Of a stretch of 64,000 nt of DNA, positions 51,133-61,371 are shown piece after piece. This stretch comes from Candidatus Latescibacterota bacterium (GTDB taxonomy: Bacteria; Latescibacterota; UBA2968; UBA8231): NCBI GenBank assembly GCA_965248355.1, contig OZ252098.1:2048001-2112000 (forward strand), given 5' to 3'. How positions within the stretch are numbered: the stretch's first letter is position 1; the number at the start of each line of letters is the position of its first letter. Made by a program: the position numbers and the translations under genes. The notes under the pieces are model-generated. The model saw only the letters and a list, made by a program, of their open reading frames with translations, had not been told where the DNA came from and searched no databases.

Positions 51133-52490
51133 GCACCCTCCCGCATGGAGCTGATCGCCGCCTTCAGGTTGCTCTCCGAGTCGATGAGGAACTGGGCCGA
51201 GGTGACGATCCGCTCTCCTTCGCGCAGGCCTTCGAGCACCTCGTAGAAGCCGCCGGCCTCCGCCCCGACGCGGATCTCGCGCGGCTGGAAGCGGCCTTCA
51301 CCGAGGCTGACCACGGCCACACGGCGCGGCCCCGAGTGGATCACCGCCTGCACCGGCACCGCGACCACGCTCTCGGCCGGCAGCGGCGAGTGGATGTTGA
51401 CGTTGGCGTACATCTCCGGCTTCAGCTCGAGGTTCGGGTTGGGGAAGCTCATGCGCACCTTCACGGTCCGCGTCTCCGCCTCGAGGAAGGGGTAGACGTA
51501 GGTGACCTTGCCGGTGAAGGTCCGGCCCGGCAGGTAGGAGAGCTCGACCTCGGCCTCCTGCCCCTGGCGCACCCACGGCAGCTCGTACTCGTAGATGTCG
51601 GCGTAGACCCACACCCGCGACAGCTCGGCGATGCGGTAGAGGTGCTGCCCCGGGGCGATGTGCTGGCCGTCGAAGACCGCCTTGTGCACCACCGTGCCTT
51701 CCTGGGGCGAGTGCACGGTCATGGTGCGCCGCGCCTCGCCCGTCTGGCGCAGGTCCTCGATCTGCCGGTCGCTGATGTCCCAGTAGCGCAGCCGCTGCAG
51801 CGATGCCGACAGCAAGTCGCGCGCCCCGGTCAGAGCGTCGCCCCCGGCGCCGGAGCGCAGGCGCTCGCCGTAATCGACGGCGGTGAGGAACTCCTCCTGG
51901 GCGGCCACCAGCTCGGGGCTGAAGATCTGCAGCAGGGGCTCCCCCTTCTCCACCATCTGCCCGGTGTAGTCGACGAAGAGCTGCTCCACCCAGCCGGCGA
52001 TCTTGGTATTGACGTCGGTCATGCGCGTCTCGTCGTAGGCCACGCGGCCCACGGTGCGCACCGTCCGGTGCAGGGCCCGGCGCTCCACGAGCGCCGTCCT
52101 GACACCGATGTTCTGCACCGTCGCCGGATCGATGGTCACCGTGCCCTCGGCCTGCAGCTCGTCCTCGTAGACCGGCACCAGGTCCATGCCCATGGGCGAC
52201 TTCCCCGGCTCGTGGGAGGTGTACGACGGATCCATCGGCGCCCGCCAGTAGGCGACGGCGCGCTCACCCGAGGCGCTGCCCGCCGCCGGCTGGTCGGCCA
52301 CCAGGTCCATGCCGCAGACCGGGCAGCTGCCCGGCTTGTCGGAGACCACGGCGGGGTGCATGGGGCAGCGGTAGAGGTCGGCCTGTTCGTGGGGGGCGTG
52401 CATCGATGCCCCACCGGCGCCCCCCAGCCAGAGACCGAAGCCGGTGCCGGCGGCCAGGGAGAGGATGACGGCGATCGCGTATCTCCACAT
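51129..52490 (-). CDS. cusB: CusB-type periplasmic adaptor with metal-binding domains
   Basis: YRCPMHP..PG.CP.CGMDL, YW.APMDP..PGKSPMGMDL, SPEL..AQ.E, QFLIDSES. Confidence 0.93.
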   Translation of the reverse strand: MWRYAIAVILSLAAGTGFGLWLGGAGGASMHAPHEQADLYRCPMHPAVVSDKPGSCPVCGMDLVADQPAAGSASGERAVAYWRAPMDPSYTSHEPGKSPMGMDLVPVYEDELQAEGTVTIDPATVQNIGVRTALVERRALHRTVRTVGRVAYDETRMTDVNTKIAGWVEQLFVDYTGQMVEKGEPLLQIFSPELVAAQEEFLTAVDYGERLRSGAGGDALTGARDLLSASLQRLRYWDISDRQIEDLRQTGEARRTMTVHSPQEGTVVHKAVFDGQHIAPGQHLYRIAELSRVWVYADIYEYELPWVRQGQEAEVELSYLPGRTFTGKVTYVYPFLEAETRTVKVRMSFPNPNLELKPEMYANVNIHSPLPAESVVAVPVQAVIHSGPRRVAVVSLGEGRFQPREIRVGAEAGGFYEVLEGLREGERIVTSAQFLIDSESNLKAAISSMREGA

Positions 52491-52505
52491 GTCATTGCCT
52501 CGCTT

Positions 52506-53765
52506 TCAGAAGAGCCGTTGGCCGACGACGGACTCCAGCCGGGCCAGGCTCTTCTCGTATTGCCACAGGTGGCGGTAGTACTCGATCTCGAAGTCGAGCA
52601 GGGTCATCTGGTTGTCCAGGAGGGTGAGGAAGTCGACCTCGTCCACCTGGTAGCCGGCGATGGCCGCGGCCAGGGACTGGTCGGCCTGGGGGACGATGAC
52701 GTCCCGGAACAGGGCCATCTCCTGCAGGTGGGTCCGGGCGTCGATGTGCAGCTGCTCGATCTGCAGCGCCAGCTCGCGGCTCTCCGCCTCGATGCGGGCC
52801 TCGGCCTCCCGGACCCGTGCCCGCGCCTCGGCGATCCTGGAATCCTGCTTGCGCCCCTGGTAAAGGGGCAGGTTCAGCCTGAGGCCGGCGGAGAAGAAGT
52901 CGCTGCCCGAGACGGGATCGTCCTCGAAGCCGCGCTGGCGCCAGGCGGCGCTCACCTCGAAGTCGGGACGCCGTTCCCGGACGGCCAGCCGCTCGGCCGC
53001 CTTCCAGCGCTCCCGCCCTTCGCGCAGGCCCCGCAACAGGGGCCGCTCCCGCAGGGCCAGCTCCCGCAGCCGGTCCTCGTCGAAGGTGAAGGGGGTCTGC
53101 TCCGGGGGAGGCGTGGGACCCACCGGCTCTCCGGGCCCCCGGTTCAACAGGGCGTTCAGCCGCGCCCCCGTCCGCCGGCGGTCCCCCTCCATCTCCAGCA
53201 GGCGCCGGCGCAGGCTCGACAGCGACACCTGGGCCTTGAGCACGTCCTGCTGCGGCACCCGCCCCACGGAGTACTTCGTCTGCGCGATGCGCACGAAGTC
53301 CCGCAGGAGGTCCCGGTTCTTCTCGGCGATGGCGATCGAGCGGTCGAGGAAGCCCAGCTCGAAGCAGGTCTGCTTCACCCGATTGACGATGGTCCCCTCG
53401 CGCTCCCGGAGGGCGGCTTCGGCGGCGGCGGCGCCGTGGGCGGCGGCGGCCTCCCGGTCGGCCCGCTTCCCCGGGTAGGGCAGCTTCTGGGAGAGCGTGA
53501 CCTGACGGCCGCTCATGGGCGAGCCGTCGAGGGCGAGGGGATGGAAGGGGACGTTGCTGAGCTCCAGCTTCAGCCCCGGGTCCGGCAGGGCCCCGGCCGC
53601 CGGGACCGCGGCCCGGGCCGCCTCGGCGCCGTGTTCCAGCGCCTTCAGCGACGGGTTGGCGGCCAGGGCCTCCTCGATCAGGCGGTCGAGGTCCAGCTCG
53701 GGCGGTTCAGCGGTCGCGGCCGCGGCCAGGGACACGACCGCGGCGCAGAGGGTTCTCCGGTGCAT
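52506..53765 (-). CDS. TolC-family outer-membrane efflux protein
   Basis: Signal peptide, ALAANP.L, LPDP, SQKLPYPGK, LNLPL; upstream of cusBA. Confidence 0.92.
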   Translation of the reverse strand: MHRRTLCAAVVSLAAAATAEPPELDLDRLIEEALAANPSLKALEHGAEAARAAVPAAGALPDPGLKLELSNVPFHPLALDGSPMSGRQVTLSQKLPYPGKRADREAAAAHGAAAAEAALREREGTIVNRVKQTCFELGFLDRSIAIAEKNRDLLRDFVRIAQTKYSVGRVPQQDVLKAQVSLSSLRRRLLEMEGDRRRTGARLNALLNRGPGEPVGPTPPPEQTPFTFDEDRLRELALRERPLLRGLREGRERWKAAERLAVRERRPDFEVSAAWRQRGFEDDPVSGSDFFSAGLRLNLPLYQGRKQDSRIAEARARVREAEARIEAESRELALQIEQLHIDARTHLQEMALFRDVIVPQADQSLAAAIAGYQVDEVDFLTLLDNQMTLLDFEIEYYRHLWQYEKSLARLESVVGQRLF

Positions 53766-53904
53766 TCTTCCTTCTCCTGTTTCCGGACGGGCCGGTACGC
53801 GGCACGCGCGGGCTCACGGCCCGGCCCTGGGGGGTCGGACCGGCCTGCGCGTCGCATGGTGCGGCTCTGCGTCGGCCGGAAGGCGCGACGAGAGCGGAGA
53901 AGGA

Positions 53905-54282
53905 TCAGATCAGGTAGATGCTGTGGAGGGCGTAAAGGGGGACCTTGGCGGCATGGGGCGGAGGTCCCGGCTCAACCGTTTCGCGGGCCGTGGCGCGGAG
54001 GGCCCGGCCCGACGTGCTCGCGGGGGGAATGGCGGAGGTCCCCTGGCCGGAGGGCAGCCAGGAGGGGGCGGGATCCGGGGAAGGCCGGGAGTCCTCGGCA
54101 CACGCCAGGGCGGCGCAGCAACAGGCGGCCCGCAACTGCTCGGAGTCGCCCGCCGCAGGCGCGTGGCAGCCGGAGACAGCCGCCACCAGCGCGCATGGGG
54201 AGCAGTCCGCCGCGGCGGCGACGCTGCTGGCCGGCAGTGCGGCGACGAGCACTGCCAGCGCGATGGCTCGGGCGATTCTCAT
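53905..54282 (-). CDS. Small exported Cys-rich protein
   Basis: Signal peptide, CSPC, CH, CCC..C, ends PLYALHSIYLI; heads the cus operon. Confidence 0.6.
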   Translation of the reverse strand: MRIARAIALAVLVAALPASSVAAAADCSPCALVAAVSGCHAPAAGDSEQLRAACCCAALACAEDSRPSPDPAPSWLPSGQGTSAIPPASTSGRALRATARETVEPGPPPHAAKVPLYALHSIYLI

Positions 54283-54457
54283 CTCAACTCCGGTCCCGGC
54301 GAACATACCCGGAGGGCCGACGTTTCGCAACCGGGGGCGGTTCCTGCGGGGCGGGTCTGCGGTGCGCTCCCGGCCGCGTCCCCCCCGGGGTAGCACCTGG
54401 GCCTTCGAGACGGCAGGCGGCAGCGCCCGGACTCGGAATTATGGGGGTATTTGCGAA

Positions 54458-54487
54458 TTTACTCTTCATGGATAATATTGCTATAAT
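54458..54487 (+). promoter_or_regulatory. Extended -10 promoter of the AAA ATPase gene
   Basis: TG-C-TATAAT at 54479-54487, TTTACT at 54458. Confidence 0.6.
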
Positions 54488-54513
54488 CGACAAACCTTCC
54501 TACAATTCCACTC

Positions 54514-55704
54514 ATGGATCCGATCAGGAATCCCTACGCTCCCGGGGCCGGCACGCCTCCGCCCCAGTTGGCAGGCCGGGACGATCTGCGCGAGAACGTC
54601 CGTGTGGCGCTGGCCAGAATCAAGCTCGGCCGTCCGTCCAAGAGCCTTCTCATGGTCGGCCTGAGGGGAGTCGGCAAGACCGTGCTGCTCGAGAGCATGC
54701 GCGAAGAAGCGCAGGCTGTCGGTATCCGCGCCTTGTCCGTCGAGGCGCCCGAGAACCGCTCGCTCCCCGCCCTGCTCGCCCCCCAGTTGAGGCAGGCGCT
54801 GCTCCAGCTGTCGAACAATGAGAGGGCGAAGAAACTCGCTCACAGGGCGCTCAGGGGCCTGGCGGGTTTCGCCGCCGCTCTGAAGGTGAAGTACCAGGAC
54901 ATCGAGGTGGGGCTCGATCTCGAGCCGGAGCCGGGATTGGCTGACAACGGCGACCTCGAGATGGATCTACAGGCGTTGCTGGAGGCCGCCGGTCTGGCGG
55001 CCAAGGAGGCGGAGACGGCGCTGGCCCTGTTCGTCGACGAGCTCCAGTACGTCGAGGAGGAGGAGCTGGCTGCGCTGATCATCTCCCTCCACCTGACCGC
55101 CCAGCGGCGGTTGCCCGTCGTCATGGTCGGGGCCGGCCTGCCCCAGCTCCGGGCCCGCACTGGAAGGGCGAAGTCATACGCCGAGAGGTTGTTCGACTTT
55201 CCAGAGGTCGGAGCGCTCACAGCCGCGGCGGCGCGAACGGCCATCGCCAGACCGGCCGAGGATGAAGGCGTGGCCATCGACGATGACGCCCTGCAACGAA
55301 TCGTCGAGGAGACTCACGGCTACCCGTACTTCCTTCAGGAGTGGGGGAAGCACTCCTGGGATGTGGCGGAGGGGCCGCCGATCGGGATCGCCGACGTCGA
55401 GCGCGCGTCGGTCACCGCTCGCGCGGCTCTGGACGAGGGCTTCTTCCGGGTGCGGTTCGACCGCCTGACGCCGTCGGAGAAGAGGTATCTGCGGGCCATG
55501 TCCGAGCTGGGCCCGGGCCCGCATCGCTCGGGCGACATCGCCCGGGTGCTGGGTCTCAAGGTCACCTCTCTCGGGCCGGCGAGGTCCCAGCTGATCTCGA
55601 AGGGCATGATCTGGAGCCCCGGCCACGGCGACACGGCCTTCACGGTGCCCCTCTTCGACCGGTTCATGCGCCGCATCATGCCCGGCGAGGACTGGCGGCG
55701 CTGA
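54514..55704 (+). CDS. AAA_16-type P-loop ATPase with C-terminal winged helix
   Basis: NPYAPGAG..P..LAGR, GLRGVGKT, FVDELQ, GYPYFLQ. Confidence 0.88.
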   Translation: MDPIRNPYAPGAGTPPPQLAGRDDLRENVRVALARIKLGRPSKSLLMVGLRGVGKTVLLESMREEAQAVGIRALSVEAPENRSLPALLAPQLRQALLQLSNNERAKKLAHRALRGLAGFAAALKVKYQDIEVGLDLEPEPGLADNGDLEMDLQALLEAAGLAAKEAETALALFVDELQYVEEEELAALIISLHLTAQRRLPVVMVGAGLPQLRARTGRAKSYAERLFDFPEVGALTAAAARTAIARPAEDEGVAIDDDALQRIVEETHGYPYFLQEWGKHSWDVAEGPPIGIADVERASVTARAALDEGFFRVRFDRLTPSEKRYLRAMSELGPGPHRSGDIARVLGLKVTSLGPARSQLISKGMIWSPGHGDTAFTVPLFDRFMRRIMPGEDWRR

Positions 55705-55738
55705 CCCCCGCGGATCAGCAACGCGGGAAGGCCTGGGC

Positions 55739-56137
55739 TCACGACCGGGACCAGTTCTCCACCCGCAGGTCCGGCACGCGCCCGAACTCCCCCTGGTCGT
55801 TCGTGACCAGGGTTGCGTCCAGGCTGCGGGCATGAGCGGCGATGAAGAGATCGTTTGCGCCTATCGGCCTGCCTCGCTGCCTGAGCGCATGGCGAATCTC
55901 ACCGTAGTGCGCCGCGGCATCGACGCCGAACGGGAGAATCGACAGATCGTGAAGAAACCCCTCCAACACCCGCCTGTTCTCCTCGACGCGCTCCGAATTG
56001 GCGACGCCGTAGCAGAGCTCCGCGCAGGTGATCGAGGAGATGCAGATCTTGGCCGCATGCTCTTCGAACCTCTCGCGCAGTGCCTCATCGCGCTGGTTGA
56101 TCACGTAGATGCAGATGTTGGTATCCAGCATGTACAT
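55739..56137 (-). CDS. vapC: VapC PIN toxin
   Basis: YMLDTNICI, EL.YG, IG.NDL.IAAHA, LVTN...EF.RV..L..ENW. Confidence 0.95.
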   Translation of the reverse strand: MYMLDTNICIYVINQRDEALRERFEEHAAKICISSITCAELCYGVANSERVEENRRVLEGFLHDLSILPFGVDAAAHYGEIRHALRQRGRPIGANDLFIAAHARSLDATLVTNDQGEFGRVPDLRVENWSRS

Positions 56138-56376
56138 CAGCGAATGTCATCCCGCTCTTCGAGGGCGGGCTGATCCCGCGGAGGCAGGGAGCCGCGCGAG
56201 CCGGAATCGAACCAGGCGCGCCAGTTCTTGCCGCGGGGGCGCAGAGTTACCTCGTCGCCCACCTTGACGATCTCGACTTCGGAGGTCTCGAACCGGCATT
56301 GAGCCGGCAGGCGGACGGCTTGGCTGCGGCCGCTCCAGAAGACCTTGGCGATGCCTCGAAAGTCCGGTGCGTTCAT
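56137..56376 (-). CDS. vapB: VapB AbrB/MazE-type antitoxin
   Basis: AKVF.SGRSQAVRLP...RF...EV.I; 1-bp overlap with vapC. Confidence 0.93.
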   Translation of the reverse strand: MNAPDFRGIAKVFWSGRSQAVRLPAQCRFETSEVEIVKVGDEVTLRPRGKNWRAWFDSGSRGSLPPRDQPALEERDDIR

Positions 56377-56400
56377 TGCTTCTTCTCCGTTACAGAATCG

Positions 56401-56422
56401 GGTATATCTCACGATATATACC
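56401..56422. promoter_or_regulatory. Candidate VapB operator palindrome
   Basis: GGTATAT-8 nt-ATATACC just upstream of vapB. Confidence 0.6.
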
Positions 56423-56448
56423 AGTGCTCCTCCCGTCAACCAGGAAGG

Positions 56449-57300
56449 CTACGTGGGATGCTCGAAGAGCCGCACCGGCCCGGGGTGGATCCGGGCGACG
56501 GTGAAGCGGGAGCCCGGCATCGCCCGGGTGTAGGCCGCGCCGGTGTCGATCATCCACAGATTGGCCATCCTCACGGCCCGCTGCCCGCGGGCGTGGCCGC
56601 AGATGACGCACGCCACCCGCCCTTCGACGGCAGGCGCTCCCTTTGCGGATCCTCGATGGAGGTAGCGCTCCATGCGGCGGCGGGACCATATGGCGTGGTA
56701 GCTGTCCTCGCGGCTCCCCTCCCGCAAGGCCGAGAGAAACTCCTCCCAGCTGCGGTCCTCCGGAACGTCGGCATGGACGATGCCGACAGGCCCCGTCTCG
56801 CAATCCACCTCCGCGGCCAAGGGCAGGGCGAAGAACGCCCGCACGTAGGCATCCCGCGCCGGCGCCGGGATCGAGTTCCACCACATCCCGCCGTTGTAGT
56901 TCACCCAGAGGTCGTACTCCTGGCCCCACTCCCCGGCGGGATCGGCGGCCGCGTCGAGCAGGAACTGATCGTGGTTGCCGCGAATGGCGTGGAACCATTC
57001 GCGTCCGGTCAGCCATTGAAGAGCTGCCTCCGATTCCGGCCCGCGGTCGATCAGGTCGCCCACCGAGAACAGCCGGTCCCTGCCAGGGTCGAAGGAGAGC
57101 TCGTGGAGGAAGCCTTCGAGGGCGGAGAACATCCCGTGGATATCCCCGACCACGAAGTCCCGGCCCCGCTCGTTGCGAGCGAAGGTCCTGACGGCGCCGT
57201 CTCCTCCCAGCGCCGCGGATACGAAGGTCGGGCGCTGGAGCACATCGATTTCCCAGATCGGCCGGCGCGGCGGACTGTTTCCTCGTTCCACGTCCCCCAT
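56449..57300 (-). CDS. Metallophosphoesterase (PphA/NinI-like Ser/Thr phosphatase)
   Basis: GDIHG, GDLIDRG, RGNHD, VHA, GH, IDTG; start uncertain. Confidence 0.88.
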   Translation of the reverse strand: MGDVERGNSPPRRPIWEIDVLQRPTFVSAALGGDGAVRTFARNERGRDFVVGDIHGMFSALEGFLHELSFDPGRDRLFSVGDLIDRGPESEAALQWLTGREWFHAIRGNHDQFLLDAAADPAGEWGQEYDLWVNYNGGMWWNSIPAPARDAYVRAFFALPLAAEVDCETGPVGIVHADVPEDRSWEEFLSALREGSREDSYHAIWSRRRMERYLHRGSAKGAPAVEGRVACVICGHARGQRAVRMANLWMIDTGAAYTRAMPGSRFTVARIHPGPVRLFEHPT

Positions 57301-57438
57301 CCTGTCCACGAGGAGCACGGTGCATACCTGGACCACGTGCGCGACTGCAACCGCCTAAGATACGGCCGCTGTTGGTATGGTTGAGCGAAGCCGTCCTGCT
57401 CTGCAACTCCCGTTGCGTCCCGTATATTCCCGCCTGGC

Positions 57439-58179
57439 ATGAATACCATCCCCGCCGCGTTGCTGCTCCTCCTCGCCCTTCCGGCCGCGGCCCGGGCTCC
57501 GGGCGAGCTGACCCCTCGAGAGATTCTCGACCGCTTCGACGACCTCTACCGCGGCGACTCCTCGCACGCGGTCATGGCCATGACGGTGGTCACCGGGCAC
57601 TGGACGCGCGAGCTGAGGCTCGAGGCCTGGAGCCAGGGCCGGGAGAAGTCGCTCTTCCGGATCCTGTCGCCGCGCAAGGAGAAGGGGACCGCCACCCTGA
57701 AGTCGGGCCGGCAGATGTGGAACTACCTGCCCAAGGTCGACCGCGTCATCAAGGTGCCGTCGTCGATGATGGCCGGCTCCTGGATGGGCAGCCACTTCAC
57801 CAACGACGACCTCGTCAAGGACAGCCGCATGGCCGACGACTACGACTTCGAGTTCGGCGAGGCGGCCGGCGACGGGGAGATCGCCATCGTCTGCCGGCCG
57901 AAGCCGGAAGCCCCGGTGGTCTGGGGAAAGGTGGTGGTCCGCGTGCGCGGCGCCGACGGGATGCCGGTGGCGGTCGAGTACTTCGACGAGGACATGGAGC
58001 CGGCCCGGACCATGAGCTTCGGCGACTACCGCGAGGTCGGGGAACGGCGGATCCCGCTCAGCATGCGCGTCGTGCCCGCGGACGAGCCGGAGGAGCACAC
58101 CGAGGTCCGCTACGAGCAGATCGAGTTCGATCGGCCCCTCGCCGAGGACCTGTTCTCGCTGCGCAGCCTGCGCGAGTAA
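57439..58179 (+). CDS. LolA-like outer-membrane lipoprotein-sorting protein
   Basis: Signal peptide, P..EKGTA.L, W.YLP...RVIK, SWMGS.F..DD, F....L C-terminus. Confidence 0.87.
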   Translation: MNTIPAALLLLLALPAAARAPGELTPREILDRFDDLYRGDSSHAVMAMTVVTGHWTRELRLEAWSQGREKSLFRILSPRKEKGTATLKSGRQMWNYLPKVDRVIKVPSSMMAGSWMGSHFTNDDLVKDSRMADDYDFEFGEAAGDGEIAIVCRPKPEAPVVWGKVVVRVRGADGMPVAVEYFDEDMEPARTMSFGDYREVGERRIPLSMRVVPADEPEEHTEVRYEQIEFDRPLAEDLFSLRSLRE

Positions 58180-58183
58180 TCGG

Positions 58184-59413
58184 ATGCGTTCCCTGGCCAT
58201 CGCCTGGCGCAACATCATGCGCAAGCCGCGGCGGACCGCGGTGACGGTGGCCGCCGTCGCCCTGAACACGGCCGTCCTCATCTTCACCTACGCCATGATG
58301 GACGGCATGATCGCGCAGCTCGTGCACAGCTCCCGGCACACCTACGTGGGCGACGTGCAGCTCCACGCCCCCGGGTACCGCGCCGACCGCTCGATCTACA
58401 AGAGCCTCCCCGAGCCGCAGTCGCTGCTCGACAGGGCGGCTGCGGCCGGCTTCGGGGCCGCGGCCCGCAGCTTCGGCTTCGGCCTGGCTTCATGCGGCGC
58501 CAAGTCCGCGGGGGCCAGCTACTGGGGCATCGATCCGGCGGCGGAGAGCAGCACCTTCGAGATGGCGGGCCGGCTCCGGCAGGGACGCTTCCTGTCGGCC
58601 CGGGCCCGGTCCGAGGTGGTCATCGGCCGCCGCCTCGCCCGCAGTCTGCAGGCGCAGGTCGGCTCCGAGATCGTCGCCGTGGTGCAGGCCGCGGACGGGT
58701 CTCTCGGCAACGATCTCTTCCGCGTCGCCGGCATCCTGCAGAGCGTCGGCGAGGAGATCGACCGCGGCGGCATCCTCATGCACCGGGAGGACTTCGACCG
58801 CCTCTTCGTGGCCGCCGGGCGCGTCCACGAGGTCGCCCTGCTCGGCCACGGCAGGGCCGCGGAGGAGGTGGCCGCCCTGTACGCCGGCCCGGAAGAGGAG
58901 GGGGCAGCCCTGGTGGCCGAGACCTGGCGCGAGCTGCTGCCCACCCTGGCCGACATGCTCAACGTATCCGGCGCCTCGATGGGGATCTTCTCCGTCGTCT
59001 TCCTGCTGGCCGCCGGCCTCGGCGTTCTCAACACGATGTTCATGGCCACCCACGACCGGGTGCGGGAGTTCGGCATGCTCAAGGCCCTCGGCACCCGGCC
59101 GCGGCGGATCGTCGGGGACGTCCTCGTGGAGGCGTTGGTGCTGTCGGGCGCCGCCGCCCTGATCGGGGCCGGTCTCGGCAGCGGGGTCAGCCTCTATCTG
59201 GAGGTCTCGGGCGGCCTCGATCTGACGCGCTGGCAGGGGGAGTCGCTGACCATGTCGGGGATGCCGATCTCCGCGGTCTACCAGTTCTCCCTGCATCCGG
59301 CCAGGGTCGTGACCGCCGTCGTCTCCATGTCGGCGGTCTGCGCCGCCGCGGCCCTGTTCCCCGCCCTCAAGGCCGCCCGCCTCGACCCGGTGGCGGCGAT
59401 GACCCACCAGTAG
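58184..59413 (+). CDS. ABC transporter permease (FtsX/LolC-E-like)
   Basis: AWRNI.R..RRT, TW.E, NT..MA...R.REFG.LKALG. Confidence 0.92.
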   Translation: MRSLAIAWRNIMRKPRRTAVTVAAVALNTAVLIFTYAMMDGMIAQLVHSSRHTYVGDVQLHAPGYRADRSIYKSLPEPQSLLDRAAAAGFGAAARSFGFGLASCGAKSAGASYWGIDPAAESSTFEMAGRLRQGRFLSARARSEVVIGRRLARSLQAQVGSEIVAVVQAADGSLGNDLFRVAGILQSVGEEIDRGGILMHREDFDRLFVAAGRVHEVALLGHGRAAEEVAALYAGPEEEGAALVAETWRELLPTLADMLNVSGASMGIFSVVFLLAAGLGVLNTMFMATHDRVREFGMLKALGTRPRRIVGDVLVEALVLSGAAALIGAGLGSGVSLYLEVSGGLDLTRWQGESLTMSGMPISAVYQFSLHPARVVTAVVSMSAVCAAAALFPALKAARLDPVAAMTHQ

Positions 59414-59417
59414 AGGC

Positions 59418-60659
59418 ATGGACAAGCTCGCCCTGATCTTCAGGATTTCCTGGCGCAGCATCTGGCGCAACCGGCGCCGCACCTGGATCACCCTCAGCGC
59501 CATCGCCTTCGGCCTCGCCCTGGCGGTGTTCTTCATCGCCTTCGCCGATGGCGTCTACAACCAGCTCATCGACGACGCCACCCGCATGCAGGGCGGTCAC
59601 TTCACCCTCGAGCACCCGCAGTACCGGGAAGCCCCCGCGGTCGATCTCTTCGTCGGCGGCGTCTCCGGTCTGCGCGCCCGCCTCGAAGCCCTCGACGGCG
59701 TCGGCGGCACCAAGGCCCTGGTCCTCGGTCAGGGGGTCGCCAGGTCGGCCCGCGGCGCCGCCGGTGTATCGGTCATGGGGGTGGAGCCGTCGCTCGAGGC
59801 CGCGGCGTCCCCCATCGCAGCCAGCATGGCCGCCGGGTCCTACCTCGAAGAGGGGGACGGGCGCAAGGTCGTCGTCGGCACGGGGCTCGCCAAGCGGCTC
59901 GAGGTGAGGACCGGCCGGAAGCTCGTCCTCGCCACCAACGACGCCTCCGGCGAGATCGTCGAGGAGCTGTTCAGGGTCAAGGGGACCTTCGAGGTCGGCT
60001 CCGACGAAGTCGACGCCTACCTGGTGCAGATCCCGCTCGAGTTCGCGCGCCGGCTCTACGGCCTCGGCGTCGACGACGCCACCCAGGTCGGCGTCCTGCT
60101 CGCCGATGCCGGCCGCCGGCCGGCGGTGATGGCCGCGGCGCGGGAATTCGTTCCCGCCGAAGTGGCGCTGCGCACCTGGGAAGAGGTGATGCCCGACCTG
60201 GCCAACTACATCCGCGTCGACCGCGGCGGCAACCTGGTCTTCCAGGGGATCGTCGTCTTCCTCAGCCTGTTCACCATCTTCAACACCATCCTCATGTCGG
60301 TGCTGGAGCGCACCCGCGAGCTGGCCATGCAGCTCGCCCTCGGCGTCTCGGCCTCCCTGCTGCGCCTGCAGGTGGTGATCGAGTCCGCCCTGCTCGGCGC
60401 CCTCGGCAGCACCCTCGGGGTCCTGCTCGGCGGGGGCCTCGGGTACTGGATGCAGGCCGAAGGGCTCGACATCTCGCGCTTCTACGGGGATGACCTCGAC
60501 GTCTCGGGATTCGCCCTCGACACCATGGTCTACGCCGATGTCACCGTCGAGCTGCTCGTCTCCATGTGGCTGCTGGTCTTCGCCGCCACCGTGCTCCTCA
60601 GCCTGATCCCGGGACGGCAGATCTCGCGCATCGCCGTGGCCGACGTGCTGCGGGCCTGA
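59418..60659 (+). CDS. ABC transporter permease (FtsX/LolC-E-like)
   Basis: WR.IWRN.RRT, NTILMSVLERTRE. Confidence 0.92.
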   Translation: MDKLALIFRISWRSIWRNRRRTWITLSAIAFGLALAVFFIAFADGVYNQLIDDATRMQGGHFTLEHPQYREAPAVDLFVGGVSGLRARLEALDGVGGTKALVLGQGVARSARGAAGVSVMGVEPSLEAAASPIAASMAAGSYLEEGDGRKVVVGTGLAKRLEVRTGRKLVLATNDASGEIVEELFRVKGTFEVGSDEVDAYLVQIPLEFARRLYGLGVDDATQVGVLLADAGRRPAVMAAAREFVPAEVALRTWEEVMPDLANYIRVDRGGNLVFQGIVVFLSLFTIFNTILMSVLERTRELAMQLALGVSASLLRLQVVIESALLGALGSTLGVLLGGGLGYWMQAEGLDISRFYGDDLDVSGFALDTMVYADVTVELLVSMWLLVFAATVLLSLIPGRQISRIAVADVLRA

Positions 60660-60663
60660 AGCG

Positions 60664-61371
60664 ATGACCGCCGCCATCGTTCGTCTGGAGGGAGTCGTCA
60701 AGGACTACGGCGAGGGTCAGGTCGGGACCCGCGCCCTGGCGGGGATCGACCTCGAGATCCGCGCCGGGGAGTTCACGGCCGTGGCCGGGCCCTCGGGCTC
60801 CGGCAAGAGCACCCTGCTCAACATCGTCAGCGGCCTCGACCGGCCCACCGCGGGCCGGGTGTTCTTCGCCGGCGAGGAGATCACCTCCGCCCCCGGCAGC
60901 CGCCTCAGCGAGCTGCGCCTGCGGCGCATCGGCTTCGTCTTCCAGGCCTACAACCTCATCCCCGTGCTGACCGCCTTCGAGAACGCCGAGTACATCCTCA
61001 TGCTGCAGGGAGCGCCGGCGCGGGAACGGCGCGAGAGGGTGATGGAGCTGCTGGACCAGGTCGGTCTGGCCGGCATGGAAGACCGCTTTCCCCGGGAGCT
61101 GTCCGGCGGCCAGCAGCAGCGCGTCGCCATCGCCCGGGCCATCGCCTCGACGCCGGCGCTGGTCCTGGCCGACGAGCCGACCGCCAACGTCGACCAGACC
61201 ACCGCGTCGTCGCTGATGGAGCTGATGGCGCGGCTCAACGAGGAGCGGGGAACGACCTTCCTGTTCTCCTCCCACGACCGCCATGTCCTCGAGCGCGCCC
61301 GGCGCCTGCTGACCCTCACGGACGGCCGCATCACCGGCGATACGGCGCCGTGGAACGACGCCGCGGAATGA
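60664..61371 (+). CDS. ABC transporter ATP-binding protein (LolD-like)
   Basis: [33 protein letters not shown]. Confidence 0.95.
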   Translation: MTAAIVRLEGVVKDYGEGQVGTRALAGIDLEIRAGEFTAVAGPSGSGKSTLLNIVSGLDRPTAGRVFFAGEEITSAPGSRLSELRLRRIGFVFQAYNLIPVLTAFENAEYILMLQGAPARERRERVMELLDQVGLAGMEDRFPRELSGGQQQRVAIARAIASTPALVLADEPTANVDQTTASSLMELMARLNEERGTTFLFSSHDRHVLERARRLLTLTDGRITGDTAPWNDAAE

